From NCBI GenBank assembly GCA_009602735.1, contig WELA01003517.1, positions 513,950 through 577,949 of the forward strand: a DNA stretch of 64,000 bases, in the 5' to 3' direction. Positions 23,201 to 36,077 of the stretch are shown one piece after another. Below the pieces are notes generated by a model. It made no database searches. It worked only from the letters and a program-made list of their open reading frames with translations, and was not told the DNA's origin. The position numbers and the translations under genes were made by a program. This stretch comes from Mesotaenium endlicherianum. Its lineage: Eukaryota. Each line of letters opens with the position of its first letter. Position 1 is the first letter of the stretch.

Positions 23201-26200
23201 AGTGAACTGTTTGGCGCTCGCAGGCTGTGCAGGCAAGCTGCAAGTGCTGACCACAAAGGGTGCTGAGAAACGGCTGCGATCCTTCCTGATAGCCCTCCAG
23301 TTTGGAACGCAGCACGACAAAGAAGCGGCTGCAGATATCTTTTTGCGGGTAACCTTCTTGCCCTCCAGCAGTCTCTGACAGACAGAGTCTCTGTTCACTA
23401 CATACTCATCACATATGCTTCTAAATCAAGGCCTAAGGGTGTCATTTCATATGCGTTTCCCAAGCGCAGTTACAGCCTCTTCGCACATTTTCTCTCGAGT
23501 AACTTGTGGCGCTCAGGCCCATATCCTAATCTTGCATTGCAGGAGCAGAGAATCTAGCAGAACCCCAGACATATTGTGGGTCAACTGGCGCGAGGCTGTA
23601 GCTTTACATTTCTTCTTTGGAATAAGGAGGAAGTAGTGATGCATAAAGCTTTCTCTGGACCTGCTAGCTGGTGCTCACCAGATTCTCCCTTTCTCTGAGC
23701 TTCAGTTGTGTTGAGCAACAATGGGGAAGGCAGCAGGCAGAGCAATGAGTGCCCCCCCCACCCCCCCCCTCCCCNNNNNNNNNNNNNNNNNNNNNNNNNN
23801 NNNNNNNNNNNNNNNNNNNNNNNNNNNNNNNNNNNNNNNNNNNNNNNNNNNNNNNNNNNNNNNNNNNNNNNNNNNNNNNNNNNNNNNNNNNNNNNNNNNN
23901 NNNNNNNNNNNNNNNNNNNNNNNNNNNNNNNNNNNNNNNNNNNNNNNNNNNNNNNNNNNNNNNNNNNNNNNNNNNNNNNNNNNNNNNNNNNNNNNNNNNN
24001 NNNNNNNNNNNNNNNNNNNNNNNNNNNNNNNNNNNNNNNNNNNNNNNNNNNNNNNNNNNNNNNNNNNNNNNNNNNNNNNNNNNNNNNNNNNNNNNNNNNN
24101 NNNNNNNNNNNNNNNNNNNNNNNNNNNNNNNNNNNNNNNNNNNNNNNNNNNNNNNNNNNNNNNNNNNNNNNNNNNNNNNNNNNNNNNNNNNNNNNNNNNN
24201 NNNNNNNNNNNNNNNNNNNNNNNNNNNNNNNNNNNNNNNNNNNNNNNNNNNNNNNNNNNNNNNNNNNNNNNNNNNNNNNNNNNNNNNNNNNNNNNNNNNN
24301 NNNNNNNNNNNNNNNNNNNNNNNNNNNNNNNNNNNCCCCCCCCCCCCCTCCCCCCCCCCGCCCCCAATTGTAGATACCCTCACTAGGGCAGCAATGAGTG
24401 CCACCCTTCTCACGACCACTCACAAGTACATCTTTGATGTCGTCTCCAGGACGTTGATCGTTTTGGTGCAACCGCGAGTCAGCATGTCCACCTGCAGGCT
24501 AGCCACAGCGCGTGGTGCCAGACCCTCTGCTCCTCTCTTCTGGACGACACATCTGTCGTCCAAGAAGCATCAGCATCAGCGGTCCGAGTGCTTACTACGA
24601 GCGAGAGCAACAGTCTGGCCTTCGTCAAGGCAAACGTCATAAAGGTGAGTTGGAATTGAGCTATTAGTTGTGTTGCTCAGGGGCATCTTCTTGGCATCGT
24701 ATTGAGAAATTTGCCTGTCCGCTGAGCTGGAATTGCCCTAGCCTCCAATTCAAGTCTGTCTGTTGGCCTCTTTCAAAGACTGCCTTCCCTTGCCATATAA
24801 GCCTTAGTTGCGTTTGTTCTATTGACGAGCACACCAATATTGGAACGCGGTAGTTGAGGTGCGTGCTATAAATGCGTGCCCCATGCTGCTGAGCAATATT
24901 ATGCCTCACGAAGACACAGCACCGGTGCCGGCGGGCGTGCAGGTGCTGATTACGGTTCTGGATGAGGGACTGCCCGGCGCCAAGAAGCGAGCTGCCCAGG
25001 CATACGCCCAGCTAGCCTCTCACGGCTGCATGGGCGACGCTGCTCAGGCCTCCAGGGCTGTGGAGCTGGTCACCCCGCTCCTGCACTACCAGGTGAGGGC
25101 AGCACTCGCACACTCTGCCGGAAGCTCCTTACGCCCCCCCGATGGAGAATTTGACCTACGCCAGCTGGCAGGCCGGCAATGTCCGACTTGAAAGTCGTGG
25201 CCTAGTCTGACAGCAGACGGTTTTGACAGCAACGACCTGCCCCTCAGCCAATGATGTCCATACTCTTCTTGTGCTCAGTGCTGGGGCATCTGGATCGCCA
25301 GCGACTATAGCGCATGCAAGCCTCGCTCTTTGGTCAGTGAGCATTGAGAAATTGGAACAGGTGGTGATGGCGCCGGCCCCGGCTGAGAATTGCGTCTTCT
25401 TCTTCTTCTTCTTCTTCTTCTTCTTCTTCTTCTTCTTCTTCTTGCATTCTCGCATGCGCAGGACGAGGCAGCCGTGGAGGCTGCGGCCCTGGCCCTGAAG
25501 AACGTCGTCTTTGTGGACCCGCCTAGAGACGACGCCTTCCTGGTGCAAGTGCGCAGCAGCATGGTGCGCGCGCAGGCCGTGCCCGCGCTGCTCAAGCGCC
25601 TCTCGGCCTCGTGCTCCCGCGAGGCCCGCGCGCACATTGTGGGCGCGCTCGCAGGCGTTGTGCAGAGCTCGAGGGAACAGGTGCCCATCAGGACAGGGGA
25701 CATGATGCGCCACATTGTCGTCCACCTCAGCTCTCCCGTGCCAGAGGCCCGGTTCTACGCTGTGGCAGCTCTTGCCAGCTTCAACCGCTCGCTGGAAGAA
25801 GTGGAGCTGCTGGTGAAGTACCGGGGACTACCGGGCCTCGTGGCCGCTCTGAAGACGGGGGAGGAGCGCTTACAGAGCAGAGCAGCCACGGCCCTTCTCA
25901 GCATCGTCTCTCTGTCTAGCAGGTACTGACCCTTTCTCTCTGCTTTGTGTTGCGTATCAGAGTGTGCTTCAGTGAAGATTTGGAGGAAGAGAAGATAAGG
26001 CATACGCGGCAGCAACGATTGTGATCTCACAGACGACAGTAGGATCATACGATGTCTGTTGTGAATTAGAAAGACATTTTCTTCAGTATGCCCAAATATT
26101 GTGTGCACCCCATCTGATGTTACGACCGGCTGAAGGTTGCGCCGCAGCCAGAAGATGGAGCTAAAGCCAACCTTCACTGTTGTCTTGCAGAGACGTGGGC

Positions 26201-26695
26201 GCCCCAATTACAGCGGCAGGAGGCATTGCGCCTCTCGTAGGGCTTGTTTCCAGCAAGAGCAGCAGCCGTAAGCTGCAGCTCCTTGCAGTTGACACTCTGA
26301 GCGTTCTTGCCAAGGACAAGTACGCCCGCGAAGCTATGCTGCGCCTGGGAGCAGTCCCTGCTCTCGTGAGCCTGGCGAGGTCGCAGGCTGCCCGGCTTCC
26401 AGCATGCGCAGTCATTCTGGCTGCATTCCGAGAGCTGGTCCGGCACAAGGAGGCAGTCGAAGCTCTCGTCACTGGCGCGGTTCCTGCTGCGCTAGTGCAC
26501 ATCGTGGACGTGAATGCAAACAGGGAGGCCACTTGTCTGTCAGCTGCACGGCTTCTGTGCGAGCTTGTCCGTGAGGATGCGAGCGTCCTTGCACAGATTG
26601 CTGCCGCTGAAGGGCGTCGGGTCTTTTCAGTCCTCAAGGAGAAGGGCAGAGCTGACTTGGTTCAAATAGCGGAAGCACTGCTGCTCAGGTTGTGA
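20248..26695 (+). CDS. Multi-exon armadillo (ARM)-repeat protein with a long uncharacterised helical N-terminus; spans an assembly gap
   Basis: GT-AG exons at ~20248-20385, 20641-20717, 20864-20963, 21198-21890, 22376-22645, 22732-22976, 23233-23348, 24498-24644, 24943-25092, 25462-25922 and 26191-26695. ARM-like repeats include GGIAPLVGLV, LGAVPALVSLA and GLPGLVAALK. Linkage across 23.5-24.4 kb is uncertain, so this could be two genes. Confidence 0.6.
23775..24335. other. Assembly gap (N run) flanked by poly-C
   Basis: Run of N bases. Confidence 0.99.
25396..25443 (+). repeat. (CTT)n microsatellite, intronic
   Basis: About 16 CTT units just before the exon at 25462. Confidence 0.95.
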
Positions 26696-27127
26696 TCACC
26701 TCCACTCACTTGGTCCAGCATTTGGATCAACACTGGAGAAGAAACGCGCATTCGTAAAACGCGTGCTTCGAGAAGCAGCTAGAATATATCAATAGTTCAA
26801 CTAGTGTATTATATATATCAATATGTTGCAGTAGCGCTGATAGCTAGGTTGTTGCAATAGCCCCTTGTGTACATATTTTGCCTGGAAGGAAAGCAGGAAG
26901 ATTGATCACGTCTGTGAATCAATGCATCAGAACTTAGGTCTCTGCAAAGAAATTGGTAGTGCTGCATCGCTGAGATTACTTGGCTGGACAATAGGTACTG
27001 TTCCAGACGGCAACAAGGAGTCAAATGATAGGAATAGACGTGGTAGTTTCTCTAGTCAACATGTGTCTCACGTTATGTGTCCAGGGCCTTAAAATTTTAA
27101 AACGCAACCAAGACAAAATTTCTATAG

Positions 27128-30100
27128 TTACTCTTGGAAGGCAGCTTTCACTTGATTCACCATTGCATCCAAGTACGCTACGGGAAACGACAAACTGATA
27201 TTGGCTCCACCATCAGAAGCAGGCAGGATAAACACGATGGGAAACGGTAGGTCTGTGGTGGCAACATGGACGGGAGGAAGTGCCTCTCTGAACTGCACGC
27301 CATATAAGGGGAATGACCTCCAGGAAGATATGTCAAGCTCCCCTTGCTTGACATGCAACTGCAGACAGTCACCGCCCAAAGCATGTGATTTGACCTGACT
27401 GTTAGAATATGCATATGACCGTTGACAGGAGCTGGCAGGAAGATGCACGCAGGCTTGCAGCATCTTTGAATTGTCACAGGCAAGCAAGACATGCGCAGAT
27501 GCAGGAGCAGTTTGTCAGTAGATCCAGCTGTCGCCTGCCTCAAGATGTGTGTAACCTGCCAGTTGCAGTTAAGCACAAGTGGGAGATAGACGGGGCGAGA
27601 GGGACCTGTAGAGGAGCCTGTCTCTGCCCGTGATCCTCGAGCCAGCTGAGCTGCGACTTTATGCACTCCGGCGTCGCAGACTCGTTCATGGCCTTTCGGA
27701 TGATTGTTGAGAGCTCACTCACAGGTGACTCCAGAACTCTCGCTGCCCAATCCACTCCGCGCCTTAAGTCAGACAGTCGCCTATGTGCAGAAACACACAG
27801 CATAATGTAAGCCCATGCCCGCGGCGAGTTTTCCAAACAAGAAGACAGCTGCAGACTGTGCCCTGGTCCCGAACAGCGTGCAAGCCTGGCCTGATCACTG
27901 GTGCTTGCTGTCTGGATGCATGCGGCGCTAAGTTCTAACACTGGACCCCGAAAATAAATCTCAAAATTTGAGGTGCCCGAGTTGAAGGCCTTGACCGTTG
28001 CAAGCCCCCTTGCACCTGACAGCTGCTTGAGCACAGAAGAAAGACTGAGCACCTTCTCAAGAGCTGGCAATAGAGCCCGTCAAAAGATCACAACCCCAGC
28101 TTGTGGCATAACGAGATGTCACGAAAGCACTTCGTATCTTCCTGTGCAGGAGGCGACAGGACTTTACGAAGAGAGTGGTGTCAGAGGCCAGACACATACG
28201 TCTCCAGCAATCAATCTCCGACGTTCATCAGCAGCAATGCAACAGCAGCAATGGCAGGCCTGGGCGAGCAGCAGTGGGAAGAATGCGGGGAGGCAGGAGA
28301 CAAACTGTACCTCTGGGCGCAGCCACCTTGAGGCGGAAGGCGGCGGAGCCCCACAGCGTGGGCGGCAGAGCAGGCCTCACCCGGCTGCGGGCCTCCACTG
28401 GGAAATGGACAGCTGTCTGCTCGCTGTACACACACTCACCCCCATCCCTCGGCCAAGATCAACTGCAGCGACAATTGCACCCTGGCCATCAATGCACGCA
28501 CGCATGCCTGCTTGCCGCCTTGCACAAGTGCTCCCTTTCAGTCGAGTCAGTCGCTCTTCATGTCGTGTCCCTGGCAGCAGTGTGCAGAGTGCTCCTGAAT
28601 CATGATGGCGTGACCGTATTGCTTGCAGCAAGGGTGCAGGGAGTTACACCTGGCGATGTAGCCCGTGTTTGCTGCAGCTTTCCAGAGTGCGGCACACAGC
28701 ACGTCGTTGCTTGACAGCTTCCCAGCCCCTCCTTGCGCCTGCTTTTCGCATTGCTGCCATTTCAAGGATAGCAACAAGCGGGGTGATCAGCTGTCATTAC
28801 TTCTTCATGACAAGCATCAACCTGGGAAGGGCTTGCAAACAGTGTCGTTGCAGCGAGAGCAATATGCAACGCTTGAGAAACGCATTCAACGTTTCCACAT
28901 GCAACTCGTGGCGCCCGCGCTCTTCCTAATAGAAAGCCAGGCCGCTTCACACCACCTTCATTTCGAAGTCATCAGCCCCACGCTTGCACCCACCTGCCGG
29001 GTGAGGTCCAGCTGGTGCCGGGCAATGTGGAAGCGCCTGCAGCCCACAGCTGCTTCCCTCTCTGGAGGCGTATTGTGGAGGGGGTGCCCGCGACGCCGGC
29101 CTCCGCCGGGTCCATCGCGAGCTTTGAACAGCTCGCGCCACCTGTCAGAGTCACGCTCTCCGGCACCCCTCTGCCAGGCCCCCCCAATCAATCCCGGAGG
29201 GGGCATCCTTTTGACCAAAGACGTCACACCATCCCGTCCTGACTGCATGCAATCGCATCGCTCGGGTGCCAGAGCCGGCTTTCTTCGAGCAGGGAGCTTT
29301 TCAATCAGGGAGGTCTGCTGAGCCTGAGGAGCCCTGTTGGCAGTTTGCAGCATACAAGTGTAGGACCTTGAATGAGGAGGTTGGGATATGCGCCAGTGTT
29401 AAAGCAGACCTGGTAGAGAGCTGTCAGGTGGTCCGCCGAGGGGCGCACAGGTGGCACCGAGAGGCACCCCAAGCGTGCCACCTCGGCCCACGCGGTCGTG
29501 AAGGCGGCCATGAAGTGGCCATCACCTGCCAGGTGGTGCCACGCGACGCCGACAGAGCAGGCCCCACACGAGAACCGCGTCAGCTGCGCGCGCGAGCCCC
29601 CCTCACACGGACAGCGCACACAGGCGGAGGAGGAAAGCGCAGAGATGCCCTCATCAGCTGCCGGTGGGTGCTTCTCACGGGGCACGCCTGTCTCTGTGTA
29701 AGCAGTGTATGTGAGTGGTGTGTGTGTGTGTGTGTGTGTGCCTCTGCTTGTGTGCTCGGGGCCTGCACGCACGAGGGCTCACACACGCTCCACTCGCACC
29801 CAAGCTGCTCTCAGCATCGCCCCACTACCCCTGTCTCAAGAGATGGGGGCCGATCACCCGAGGACTGGGATCTACCTTTGAGAAAGAATAACCCCATGCT
29901 TGGCTGCAATAAGGGGTAGGGGTGCCCAATGAATGTGGGCCGAGGTGCTGGGTTCTACAACATCCGCAGCCATACGCGCAGCAATTCAAAGAAGTGCTGC
30001 ATAATTCCTACAGGCTGGGCAGGCGGCAGGCAGGCAAAAACACTCGCGAGCACACAGAGGAAGCGGACAAAGCGCGAGAGGAGGTGGATGGTAGGAAGGG

Positions 30101-31030
30101 ACCGAGGGAGGTAGAGAGAAAGGGAGGAGTCAGGGGCGGGAGAGGGGGCGAGAGAGAGGACGGCAGGAGACCTGCACGGCGAGGGCCGGTGAGCCGTCCA
30201 GTCGCCCGCGCTGCTGCACCAGCTCGGGCACCAGCTCCTGGCTGCCCCCAGATGCGAGCAGCTCATCAATGCCCGCGGGAGTGGCAGGCAGGCGGCAGGT
30301 GGCTGTGGCGCACACAAATGGCACGCCCTCGTTGGTGCACGCCAGCTCTGGCCCTCGTCCCCCCTGCACCCGCCAATCAGGGACATTAAGTCACGCGCTG
30401 CTCGAAGGCCCCCTTCTTGTCTGGCAGCGTTGTGCACGGATGTGCGAGTTGGAGACATTTACACACACGTAAGAAAGACACGTCCAGGAGTCATGTACGT
30501 CAATCACGTCGTAGATGCTTGCCCCCTGCAAATTTACTCAGGAAGTGTAAGGCGTGTGGTAACAAAGAAGAGGGACCAAGTCACGTGCGATGCACACATG
30601 AGCCCCCCCTCCCATTCGTCCCTCCATCCATCTTTCCGTTTGGCTGTCAGTCTGGCTGTCCCTGTCCAGTCACATGCCATCGTTGCTCCCAACCTAAGTG
30701 GTTCTTCAGCCCCAGCTGAAAATACAAGACGGGGTTTGTTGGTCCCCTTCCTGCGCGAGGCGAGCATGTGCCTGGATTCTGCGGTCAGGAAGGTGGATGC
30801 TGCAGGACACCAGAGAGGGTTGCATCTGTGCGCCAGGAAAATCTATAAAAGGGAGAGCTGTTTGCAGTGGCATTCCGACTTCGGATGGCTCTTTATTATT
30901 ATCTGCTCTACCTGGAAGCCATGGTCTTGGTCTCGGAAGCGCCCTGCAAGAGGGGTGTAGACGGCCAGGCAGCGTGCAAGGCTGGCCTTCAAGCAATGCT
31001 CCTCCTCCTCCTCCGTAGCTGCCTCTTGCA
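27128..31030 (-). CDS. BAHD-family acyltransferase (multi-exon; 5' end not resolved, possibly up to ~31430)
   Basis: LKASLARCLAVYTPLAGRF (~30930-30990); CTNEGVPFVCA; LAVQ|LTRFSCGACSVGVAWHHLAGDG (HXXXD motif, ~29521-29538); SSNDVLCAALWK; FPVEARSRVRPALPPTLWGSA; ISSWRSFPLYGVQF; stop at 27128. Confidence 0.85.
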
Positions 31031-32650
31031 GATCTTATACCACGCAGAAAGAAAGGGGTCCAGCTACTGTGAGTTTTTTGTGAAGAAGAGTGTGGAAGTG
31101 CTGTCGTGGGGTTTGGCGGACTTTGTGCAAATATTGGGTTGGTGGATTTGAACAGAAGGTGGCGGTCTGTGTTCGATCAGTCAGCTAGCTATCTTTGTAT
31201 TTTCTTGAAAAGGGACCTTCAGGCCGAAGCAATATTTGTTCTGTTTGTGAGCAGCTTTGACCCACCCCCGTATGTATGTACACCAAATGAATCATCACAG
31301 CCAACTCCCGCTCTGGAGGTCACCAAACTCATCTCCTTGTATGCAACTTCCAGGGCTACTATTGCTTCTTTAGGTTGCACCTGGTGCAGCTCCTGTTGGT
31401 TTTCTAGTGCCCTTTCATGAGGCAACAATCCATGTAAGAGTTGAGCAATAGCATAGATCTGCCTCAGGCCTTTATACTACTAATCAACGCCACATGCCAC
31501 ATCACTTTGCAGCTTCACTAATGCTCATGATGTCATTCTTGTGTGGTCGACGCCTTTAATCTTAGCACCCATGATCGATATCAACTAATACCTTGCACGT
31601 CTGACGAGCGTGGAGTGCCTACACAGGCGTAGGCTAACGGAATGCAATATACTTGACGGTGTTGAAGTTTTACTGTGTGTGTACTGGCACACTACCTTGT
31701 GAGGTTAAAGTTCCTGCAAATTCATGTTCTATTAGATGCCCAATTATGCTTCGTTTTGGTCCCTTAATAAAAATCTGCACAGTTCTGATCAAAGTACACG
31801 CTTCTCCTCATTCACCTGCTCTGCTTGCTTCGCAAGCATAGAAGTATATTGTAGAAATCCATGCTCCAGGAAAGCTGAGTTCTCGCATTGTGAGAGAAAC
31901 AGCGTCACCAACTCGACAATAAGATTCTGAAAATCCTTCAGTGATCTCAGCAGCCTTCACGAGCAGGGGAACATCTCTAGTCACCTCCATTATCAGCGAC
32001 AAGTGCAATTGCGTGCAGGACTGCTAGTCCCAAATTCTTTACACGGCAGTACTTGTACATAAGTAGGGCCTGCCGTGTCTTTATTATGTTCACATAGAAC
32101 GGGATATATCCTTCCGCCCTTCAACTGCTTAAGTGCGCACTTTTCTCGAAAGTCCAGTGGCAGTGTTTGTTGACATGTTAACAGTGGCTGAAGGCCTGTA
32201 TATCTGCGACATTCGTTATGTTTCACAGAGTGAGCAATGATGTCGTCAATTTCGGTGAACACCACGAAGAATACGTGCTGCCAATTTAGAAACACACCAT
32301 CACGAAATCGCTCCGAGTGGCAGTGAGTATATGCTATCGAAACCAGCCAAGACGACTCGTGGGCTCCAATACGTGAAAGGTACAGCAACCAGAGTGGTCA
32401 ACATCAACGATATGAGTGAACCCGGGATGGCTCTATGTTCTGCATGTTTCGCGTAATAAATGGTGTTGGAGCAACGCGTGACCCAAGCAAATCAACCTGG
32501 TCGTTTATTTTCCCCAACTTTCCCCGTCAAACCTCTAATAGATTGACAGTTGTTCAAGTGACAAGGTTCTTCACTATGCTTCACTACAGCTTCACTATAG
32601 TTGACTGTATAGTATACGGTGGACCAACCTTGCCGTAACGTTCATTTTGC

Positions 32651-32740
32651 GAGTCGAAACTGGTCGAAACTGGTCGAAACTGGTCGAAACTGGTCGAAAC
32701 CAGTCGAAACCAGTCGAAACCAGTCGAAACCAATCGAAAC
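32651..32740 (+). repeat. 10-bp tandem repeat (tggtcgaaac / cagtcgaaac), 9 units
   Basis: Directly visible in the sequence. Confidence 0.95.
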
Positions 32741-34399
32741 AACCACCTGCCTTGCAAACTAGTTCTTATTGACATTTGTCAAATCGACGTGGTCCGAATG
32801 GGTAGTTCAATGTTGAAAAACGATATGCCCGCTTATGCTGGCTGATGCCCTTAGATTACAAGTACGTTGTTGTACTATAACGTCGACCAACTTGCCCGTT
32901 TCCGAACAAATTTTGTCATTTACCCGCTCTTTCGGGGCCCTGAAACTGGAGTCAAATGAAGTTGAGACGGGAAAACGGACCAATTCGCGACAGAATCGAC
33001 TACACCGACCGACAACGCCAGGCTCTCACATTCACTTTCCAATGCTTCATTCCCAGGTGTTCCCAGGAGCCTAATAAAAGAAGAGCCCGCGAGTGCAAGC
33101 TCGCAAAACACAAGATGACTTCCCATGCAATCTAGAACTTACTTTGCACTTACAGCATTTGGTTATTTTTTTGGTTGAGATTCTAAATTCAGGCGCATTT
33201 GCAAGCATCATAAGTAGCAATGGCTTCCTTGATTCTCTCGTTTTTAGGCTTGGGTGCTGGGCAACACGCCATAACAGCTTTCGATCGTCTGGAGTGCCAC
33301 CTCTGCTCAAGATGTGCACCTGTCGCTTGGCAAATTATTTTTTTTCTTTATAAAATTGTGTACAAAAGGCGCCATGGAGGGACGACAGGACGCCATTACG
33401 GGAGAACGTGGCGGTTCTCATATTTCATGAGAGAATCAATGTCTTCTTCCATTCGGTTTCTGAAAGACTAACCTTGCATCTGTAGGTTCGCAACATCGCA
33501 ATTTTTACTTGGACTCAACATCCAATTGTTGCAAGACAGGTTCTGAGTTTTGCCTACTCGTGTGTGTGGTATGGGAAAATGTGACACCTGTCTCTAAATT
33601 AATCATTTCCCATGCAGGTTTCCAAGTTCAGAAGGTTCAGCAGATGATATTCACAAGTCGGGGAACTTCAAATGTGATGCTCCACCAAATATTCATGCTG
33701 AGCGAGAGGTACTGTGTCGCACTGGGCTGTGCCTGGTCGTCTGGGCCCGATATAACTATCATTCTTTGTAAGTTTCTTTCCCTCTGCTAGCTCGTGATTG
33801 TGTCACAGTGTCATCCAGGTCAGGCTGCCTGCCAGCTATCTACTTCGCTAGTCTGCTGCCACCAGAAACTGCTCGTGTCCTGCTAATATTTCTTCTCCCT
33901 GGCCTTCTCAGGGCCACCTAACTGCCCTCCAATTTCACTCACTCTCACCTTGTAGTAATCGTTAGCTGCCACCTATAGGCAATCTTACCTATTTGCGTTC
34001 TGTTGTTCACCTGTCAAATGAGCCCGTGGATTGCCACCAGTTTGTCGCCTGTTCGTCAGACCCATCTGCCACTTGTCCGCTGACTTTTGTTGCCACCAAT
34101 TCGCCACTTGGCTGTGAGTTGAATACATCTTTCACCTGCTGGCTGAGCCCATTTGCCACCTGTGCTGAATCCACCTGCCAACCTGTCTGCTGAGTCCAAT
34201 GGCCTTTCTATCTGTCACCTGTTCCGCTTACACATCTACGACCGGTATGTTGTGTCCCTCCGCCTGCCACCTGTCTGCTCGAAGCTTCAGTTATCAGTCC
34301 ATTGAACAGGTCTGCCAACTGTCGTACGCTACCTGTCTGCTGAGTTCCCTGTCCGCTGCCCCATCGGCGCCCTGTAAGTGGCAGGACCCACATCTGAGG

Positions 34400-35900
34400 C
34401 TGTGGACATTCAGCATGTGTGCGTGCCCCCGTGTCTGGACAGGGTGAAGTCGGGCGCTGGCTGGCTGGCCAACTATGGCTGCTCTCGTGCACTACAACCT
34501 ATTCGAGGGAGGACCCCCCCCCCCTGCAAGGCCGGAGGATGTCACCCCCCATCCCCCCTCCCATCTCTCGAGGTGATGGCAAGGGCGACCTTCTCATCCG
34601 TCAGTCCATTGCTCACATCCCTTTCTCTTGCTTGGTTGCAGGTGGTCTAATTTATGGCCTGGCCGCTTACGCCTCTCGCTCTGCGTGCCAGCTGGCGCCA
34701 GCTGTCCTGGCCGGCCAACTTTGCTGGCTCTCAAGCTTGCTGTCAGCACCCTCGTGTCCAAGCAGAGAGACGTGGGATGGGGTGTGGGGGGGAGGGGATG
34801 TTGGACGCTAGCTTGCCGACGAGGCGTTGCTGGGTTGTTGCTGGCTGGAGATCTCACTCTGTCAACAATCAAGCTGGTCAAGACTCCAGGGCGCAGATGG
34901 GATGCATCGTGCTTACTTCTGGCTGCGCTGAGCGGCTGCAGCAGCGACGCACGACGCCCAAGGGAGGAGCCTGTTTGTTGCCCGGCATCATGGCACACAC
35001 CACGCTGCATAGCTGCCCTGATGAACGACACCAGCCATCCATCGTCATCATGTGCCACCTGGCGACGCTGCAAGAGGGCTGGTTCCTACTTGCCAGCTGG
35101 AGGAGGCCGCCTGGCTACTCTTCCGCCAACACTTTGTCAAGTTCGATGCGGCCTCTCCAAGAGCAAGCCAGCTGTCGTGACCAAGTGAGAGCGTATGCAC
35201 ACGGGCGCGCTCGTCCTGGTTGTGCCGTTCCCGCCATCTGTGGCCACCTGTGGCCAGGAAGTGCCAGTCGGGCCAGGTGGCGCCAGCTGGTGGTGCCAGG
35301 AGGTGACCCTGAGCTCAAGTACGTTCCCGCGACAAGCTGCTGCTACTCGAAGATTGCTGCAACTGCATTGTGGAGTCCTCAATGTCACCTGAGAACCCTC
35401 CACTTTCTCCTTTATTGCTGTGCGCCAGCTGGCTATCCAGTGACGAGGCTGTTGGTGAAGTGATGGCCGATGCCAAGCAGCCCCCTGCTGAGTTTATGCC
35501 ATGTGGAGACTCTCTGTCCTCGCACGAGCGAAAGCAAGCGTGTGCTTCGCTGTTTGTGGCTGCCTTTCTTACTTGATTTTCCAGCTGTCGCGTATACGGA
35601 GTGCTGACGTTCCTCCTCCTGCTCTCTTTTGTTCGTCGGTGTCTAAGTGCTTGACAGAGAGTCTGGCAAACGGCGGCGAGGCTCCTCCCCTCCCTTTTGT
35701 TTGGAGAGCGCTCAAGTAGCTAGGTGCTAAGGTCATGTCACAGTGCAAGTGAGACTGGGGGCGCTAGATGCTGCCTGGCGTGGGCATGCTGGCAGCAGAG
35801 CCGATGATAGCTTCCTGTTTGGGTCAATTTGGAAACACGAGGAGATTTCTTTCTCGTGCTCCCTTTTTATGCCTTACACTTTGATTGGTGTTCTCATCAC
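34400..35900 (+). mobile_element. Possible highly decayed LINE (L1-like) ORF2 C-terminal remnant
   Basis: Weak, frameshifted traces in the expected order: SKQ..G.G..LD....ALL..W (~34760-34850), SPQCHLRTLHFLLYCC (~35375-35420) and GSIWKH (~35820). Confidence 0.25.
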
Positions 35901-36077
35901 ATATGTCCCTGTCCACGGTGCGTGTCTTAGGAAGGAGGAGGAGGAGCAGCAGCAGCAGCAGCAGCGTCACGGGCTCACTTGTGCTCCTCCACAACTCAAA
36001 AGATGAATGACCCACCTTTTTGCTGAGGGTTCTTATCTGTACTATTTTTGAGATCTTCTCCTCAACGAAGTGGACAA

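Noticed and set aside
23581..24642. Long poly-X ORFs
   Set aside because: Artefacts of the N gap.
32651..32740. CRISPR-like appearance of a short repeat array
   Set aside because: No spacers, a 10-bp unit, eukaryotic context and no cas genes.
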